Part shown: one piece after another, positions 60,640-64,000 of the stretch
Layout of the letters: every line of letters starts with the position of its first letter
Numbering within the stretch: position 1 is the stretch's first letter
DNA from: an uncultured Ignavibacteria bacterium
GTDB lineage: Bacteria > Zixibacteria > MSB-5A5 > JAABVY01
Reading direction: 5' to 3'
DNA: 64,000 nucleotides
Assembly (NCBI GenBank): GCA_964496505.1
Contig: CAZBZV010000015.1
Coordinates: 754 to 64,753 of the forward strand
Program-made: the position numbers and the translations under genes
Notes under the pieces: generated by a model
What the model saw: the letters and a program-made list of their open reading frames with translations, nothing else
What the model was told of the DNA's origin: nothing
Databases searched by the model: none

Positions 60640-62016
60640 ATGAGCAAAAACTATGATGCGATTATCATCGGCACCGGGCAGGGAGGAGTCCCCCTGGCGG
60701 TCGATCTTGCCAATGCCGGATGGAAAACTGCTGTTATCGAGAAAGCCCACCCTGGAGGGAGTTGTATTAATTTTGGATGTACTCCTACCAAAACCATGAT
60801 CGCCAGCGCGCGGGTGGCATATCTCGCAAAACGCGGCCTTGATTTTGGAGTCGAGAGCGGCGATGTCAGGGTTGATCTTAAAAAAGTCCGCGATCGCAAA
60901 CGTCAGATAGTAAGCAGCTTCAGAAGCGGTGTAGAAAAACGGCTGGAGCATGACAATATCGATCTGATTCACGGTCAGGCGGAATTTTTATCCTCGAATG
61001 AAATCAAAGTGAGAAATACAGATGGCGAGACGATAATCTCTGGCAAAAAGATCTTTATTAATACCGGCACGCGGCCCTCGGTGCCTCCGATAGAGGGCAT
61101 CGACGAAGTCGGCCCTCTGGACTCTGAAGCGATTATGGAGCTCGATTCCCTCCCTGAGCATCTGGTTATAATCGGTGGAGGATATATCGGCTGCGAGTTC
61201 GGGCAGATTTTCAGACGATTCGGCAGCCGGGTGACAATAATCCAGCGTGATGACGCTCTTCTCAACCGGGAGGATCCCGATATTTCCGAAGAGGTGGCAA
61301 AGATATTCAAACAGGACGGTATCGAAGTGCTTTTTAACACCGAGGCCAAAAGTGTGATAAAAAATGAAAGCGGCAAAATATTAATGACACTCAAGACCGA
61401 GATGGGAGAAAAGCCTCTGGAAGCGTCACATCTGATGATGGCGTCGGGACGGACGCCCAATACGGACATGCTAAACCTAAAAGCGGCTGGTGTAAAAAGC
61501 GATGAGCGCGGATTTATTCCGGCTAATGATCGCCTGCAAACATCTGTCGAGGGAATCTACTGCCTCGGCGATGTTAAAGGAGGCCCGGCTTTCACGCATA
61601 TATCCTATGATGACTATCGAGTACTGAAGGAGAATCTGCTAAATGACGGAAATTCTTCAATAGAAGGGCGTCTGGTTCCCTATGTTGTCTTCATCGATCC
61701 ACAACTCGGACGGGTCGGAATGAACGAGACTGAAGCAAAAGCGGCGAATCTGAATTACAAAGTTGCTAAAATGCCTATGAAAAAGGCGGCTCGTGCGCTT
61801 GAGATGGACGAGACTCGCGGCCTGATGAAAGCGGTTGTTGATGCCGACTCCGGACTTATTCTGGGCTGTACGATTCTGGGAGTTGAAGGGGGCGAGATTA
61901 TGAATGTACTTCAGATGGCTATGCTGGGGAAAGTGCCCTACACAAAAATTCGCGATACCGCAATCGCCCATCCCACACTGGGCGAATCATTGAACAATCT
62001 CTTTATGACCATATAA
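60640..62016 (+). CDS. Class-I pyridine nucleotide-disulfide oxidoreductase (RclA/MerA-like core)
   Basis: IIGTGQGG, GGSCINFGCTPTK, IGGGYIG, GDVKGGPAFTH, HPTLGE; no NmerA domain and no C-terminal Cys pair. Confidence 0.9.
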   Translation: MSKNYDAIIIGTGQGGVPLAVDLANAGWKTAVIEKAHPGGSCINFGCTPTKTMIASARVAYLAKRGLDFGVESGDVRVDLKKVRDRKRQIVSSFRSGVEKRLEHDNIDLIHGQAEFLSSNEIKVRNTDGETIISGKKIFINTGTRPSVPPIEGIDEVGPLDSEAIMELDSLPEHLVIIGGGYIGCEFGQIFRRFGSRVTIIQRDDALLNREDPDISEEVAKIFKQDGIEVLFNTEAKSVIKNESGKILMTLKTEMGEKPLEASHLMMASGRTPNTDMLNLKAAGVKSDERGFIPANDRLQTSVEGIYCLGDVKGGPAFTHISYDDYRVLKENLLNDGNSSIEGRLVPYVVFIDPQLGRVGMNETEAKAANLNYKVAKMPMKKAARALEMDETRGLMKAVVDADSGLILGCTILGVEGGEIMNVLQMAMLGKVPYTKIRDTAIAHPTLGESLNNLFMTI

Positions 62017-62126
62017 CTACTTTAAATAGGCTAAAGCCCTTTAGCGGTTTTGCCTTTCATGCTCCACACTCACTGGGCGCACCAGGAAATACGCATAGAA
62101 CAGATTTGGGGTGCCCCACTGCGTAA

Positions 62127-62226
62127 GCGGTGTTGATAAACTCTGATGGTGTAGCGTTGGGTCTTGATTCCGTCCCAGACGGAATCAAGACCCAACGCGA
62201 CGAAAAATATCTTTTTCAACAAGCCC
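62127..62226. mobile_element. MITE-like element (inverted, shorter relative of element A)
   Basis: Ends GCGGTGTTGATAAA / TTTTTCAACAAGCCC; perfect 21-bp hairpin at 62154-62198 preceded by GTA (GTAG); sits inside a GGGTGCCCCAC..GTGGGGCACCC palindrome. Confidence 0.7.
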
Positions 62227-62441
62227 CAACGCGGGTGGGGCACCCAGAAAATATATACCTGCCCAAACGAAGTTTGAGCAGCCCACCCACATAACAATAA
62301 TAATGGAATTTGCAGGTCATATCCCTGCAAGATTTGACGGCGTCGAAAGTCACAGACTTTCGGCATGCCAATATGAATCTAAGGCAGAATCGCTCCCTTA
62401 AGCCTCACTTAATTTCGGATTCTGCCTCATTCCTATTAATT

Positions 62442-64000
62442 TTATTTCCCGCAGCAATTCGGATCGGGCGGGTTGCCGCCGATGAATACATAGTTGATAA
62501 TCAAAACAGCATCCGAGACATTAACCGAACCATCGGCATTGGCATCACCCACACACAATGGAACCGGCGCGGCGCCGCCAATGAAGACATAGTTGATTAC
62601 GATTACTGCATCCGACACATTCACGCTCAAATCATTATTGCAGTCGCCGCAGATAACGTCATATTCTGTGGTAAATGTCCAGACCGGACCGGCAGTCGAT
62701 TCATCGGCCTCGTCAAAGGCAATAATCTGCCAGAAATACTCCGTGCCGTATTCAAGATCAGTGGGCGGATCATAGACCTGCGCCAGTTGATCATCGCTTA
62801 TAAGCGGTGGTGGATCGGTCGTTCCGAAGTAAACATCGTAATGTACCTGGTCATTGGTATTGGGATCGCCGCCCATCCAGCTCAATGATGCTGTCAGGGC
62901 AACTCCGGTTGCCTTGTCTTCGGGATCGGGAGAGGCGGGAGCATAAGGCGGAACATTCGGTTCCGGAATCAGCGACTTGAAGGCATAGGCAATGCCGGAG
63001 GAACCAAAGGTAAGGCAGGCAATGTTCGGCTCGGTGTTGGCCGAGATATCTCCTACCTGGATATGCTTTACGGCGTCTGCGCAGTTGTAGCTGAAAAGCT
63101 CGCTACCGTCGTTATCTATAACATACAGCTTATTGTCATCTCCACCGGCAATCGCCTCATCATCACCATCACCGTCGACATCATACCCGAACACGCTTTG
63201 AACATCATCGCCAATCGGGAAGCTCCAGATCAAAGAACCGGTCAGGCCATCATAAGCATAGACCGAGGCTGATGATCCGCCGCCCACAATCACATCCGGA
63301 TTCTTGTCGCCGTTGATATCGCCATGAGCCAGTCCGTAAGCGTTACTGTTAAGATCGACCGAGGCGGTCCAGAGCGTATCATGAGTAGCGCCGTCGATCA
63401 TGTAGACCGTATTGGGATTTAAGGAAACACCTGCGGCCACATCCGGAACATCATCATTGTTAACATCAAAAACTTCCACATATTCAACCTTATTGGCGCA
63501 GACATACTCCCACATAAAGGATCCGTCACTGCCGTCCACAACAACAACCCTGCTTCCGTTCGTTGCTCCCGTCAGTCCGCAGACCACATCGACAGGACCG
63601 CTGCCATTCATCTGGGCAACCGCTACTTCCTCCAGATCGGCTCCTGCCGGATAATTCCAGATCTCGAGCCCGGTAGTGCCGTCAATAGCATAAACATGGC
63701 TGTCGTCAGTACCCGCGATAACATCATCGGCGCCGTCGCCATTCAGATCGGCAGATACGAGACAGGAGCGGTAAATCTGGTCTGTGGGTGTGGTAAATTG
63801 CCAGAGAATATCCCCGCTCATACCGTCCAAAGCGGTAACCATATCATCCGCGCCGCCAACCGCTATATCATAATCGCCGTCATTATCGTAATCCCCATGA
63901 GTGATCGCATACAGGTTTTCTGTGCCGGTCCATGACCAAAGAATAACATCTCCTGTCTTGCCGTCAATAGCGGTAGCTTTGTCATCGACGGAAACAGCCG
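62442..64000 (-). CDS. 5'-truncated FG-GAP/PQQ-like beta-propeller protein with Fn3-like domain and C-terminal dockerin
   Basis: Frame is open to the window edge; repeated DxNGDGxxDV and AIDGxTGxxIW motifs; LSW..YDVYFGT..TEYFWQI; dockerin CGDCNNDLSVNVSDAV / GDANADGSVNVSDAV. Confidence 0.85.
   Translation of the reverse strand, partial: AVSVDDKATAIDGKTGDVILWSWTGTENLYAITHGDYDNDGDYDIAVGGADDMVTALDGMSGDILWQFTTPTDQIYRSCLVSADLNGDGADDVIAGTDDSHVYAIDGTTGLEIWNYPAGADLEEVAVAQMNGSGPVDVVCGLTGATNGSRVVVVDGSDGSFMWEYVCANKVEYVEVFDVNNDDVPDVAAGVSLNPNTVYMIDGATHDTLWTASVDLNSNAYGLAHGDINGDKNPDVIVGGGSSASVYAYDGLTGSLIWSFPIGDDVQSVFGYDVDGDGDDEAIAGGDDNKLYVIDNDGSELFSYNCADAVKHIQVGDISANTEPNIACLTFGSSGIAYAFKSLIPEPNVPPYAPASPDPEDKATGVALTASLSWMGGDPNTNDQVHYDVYFGTTDPPPLISDDQLAQVYDPPTDLEYGTEYFWQIIAFDEADESTAGPVWTFTTEYDVICGDCNNDLSVNVSDAVIVINYVFIGGAAPVPLCVGDANADGSVNVSDAVLIINYVFIGGNPPDPNCCGK

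Noticed and set aside
60640-62016. Mercuric reductase merA
   Set aside because: No N-terminal metal-binding domain, no C-terminal Cys-Cys pair and no mer genes nearby.

Overview
Bacterial chromosomal window with Gram-negative-type envelope genes (TonB receptor, Omp85 protein, lipoproteins). The many Cys-flanked GDANxDGxVNVSDAVxxINYVFIGG dockerin tags suggest a Zixibacteria-like lineage (inference). Region 1-21.3 kb is a ROK-regulated beta-1,3-glucan (laminarin-type) utilisation locus: two multi-CBM surface proteins, GH16, GPH-family transporter, GH3, a clan GH-A enzyme fused to a probable beta-barrel, dockerin-GH16, a GH161-like phosphorylase and GH17. It ends at a tRNA-Glu remnant followed by an atypical RNase HII. 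The rest holds many secreted peptidases, two tandem cohesin-dockerin proteins, tandem CapK-like ligases, xth, a pseudo-glutamate-dehydrogenase plus sensor-dikinase pair, and an egtB-egtD-disulfide reductase operon. Best novelty candidates: (1) a cohesin-dockerin assembly system for proteases and beta-glucan proteins, with 7 dockerin-bearing genes in 64 kb; (2) the degenerate GDH with a GAF-like/ATP-grasp dikinase; (3) the glycosidase-barrel fusion; (4) an RNase HII lacking its ribonucleotide-recognition motifs; (5) an unannotated structured ncRNA of about 200 nt at 44.4-44.6 kb; (6) palindrome-targeting MITEs. All family calls come from motif recognition by eye; no searches were run.
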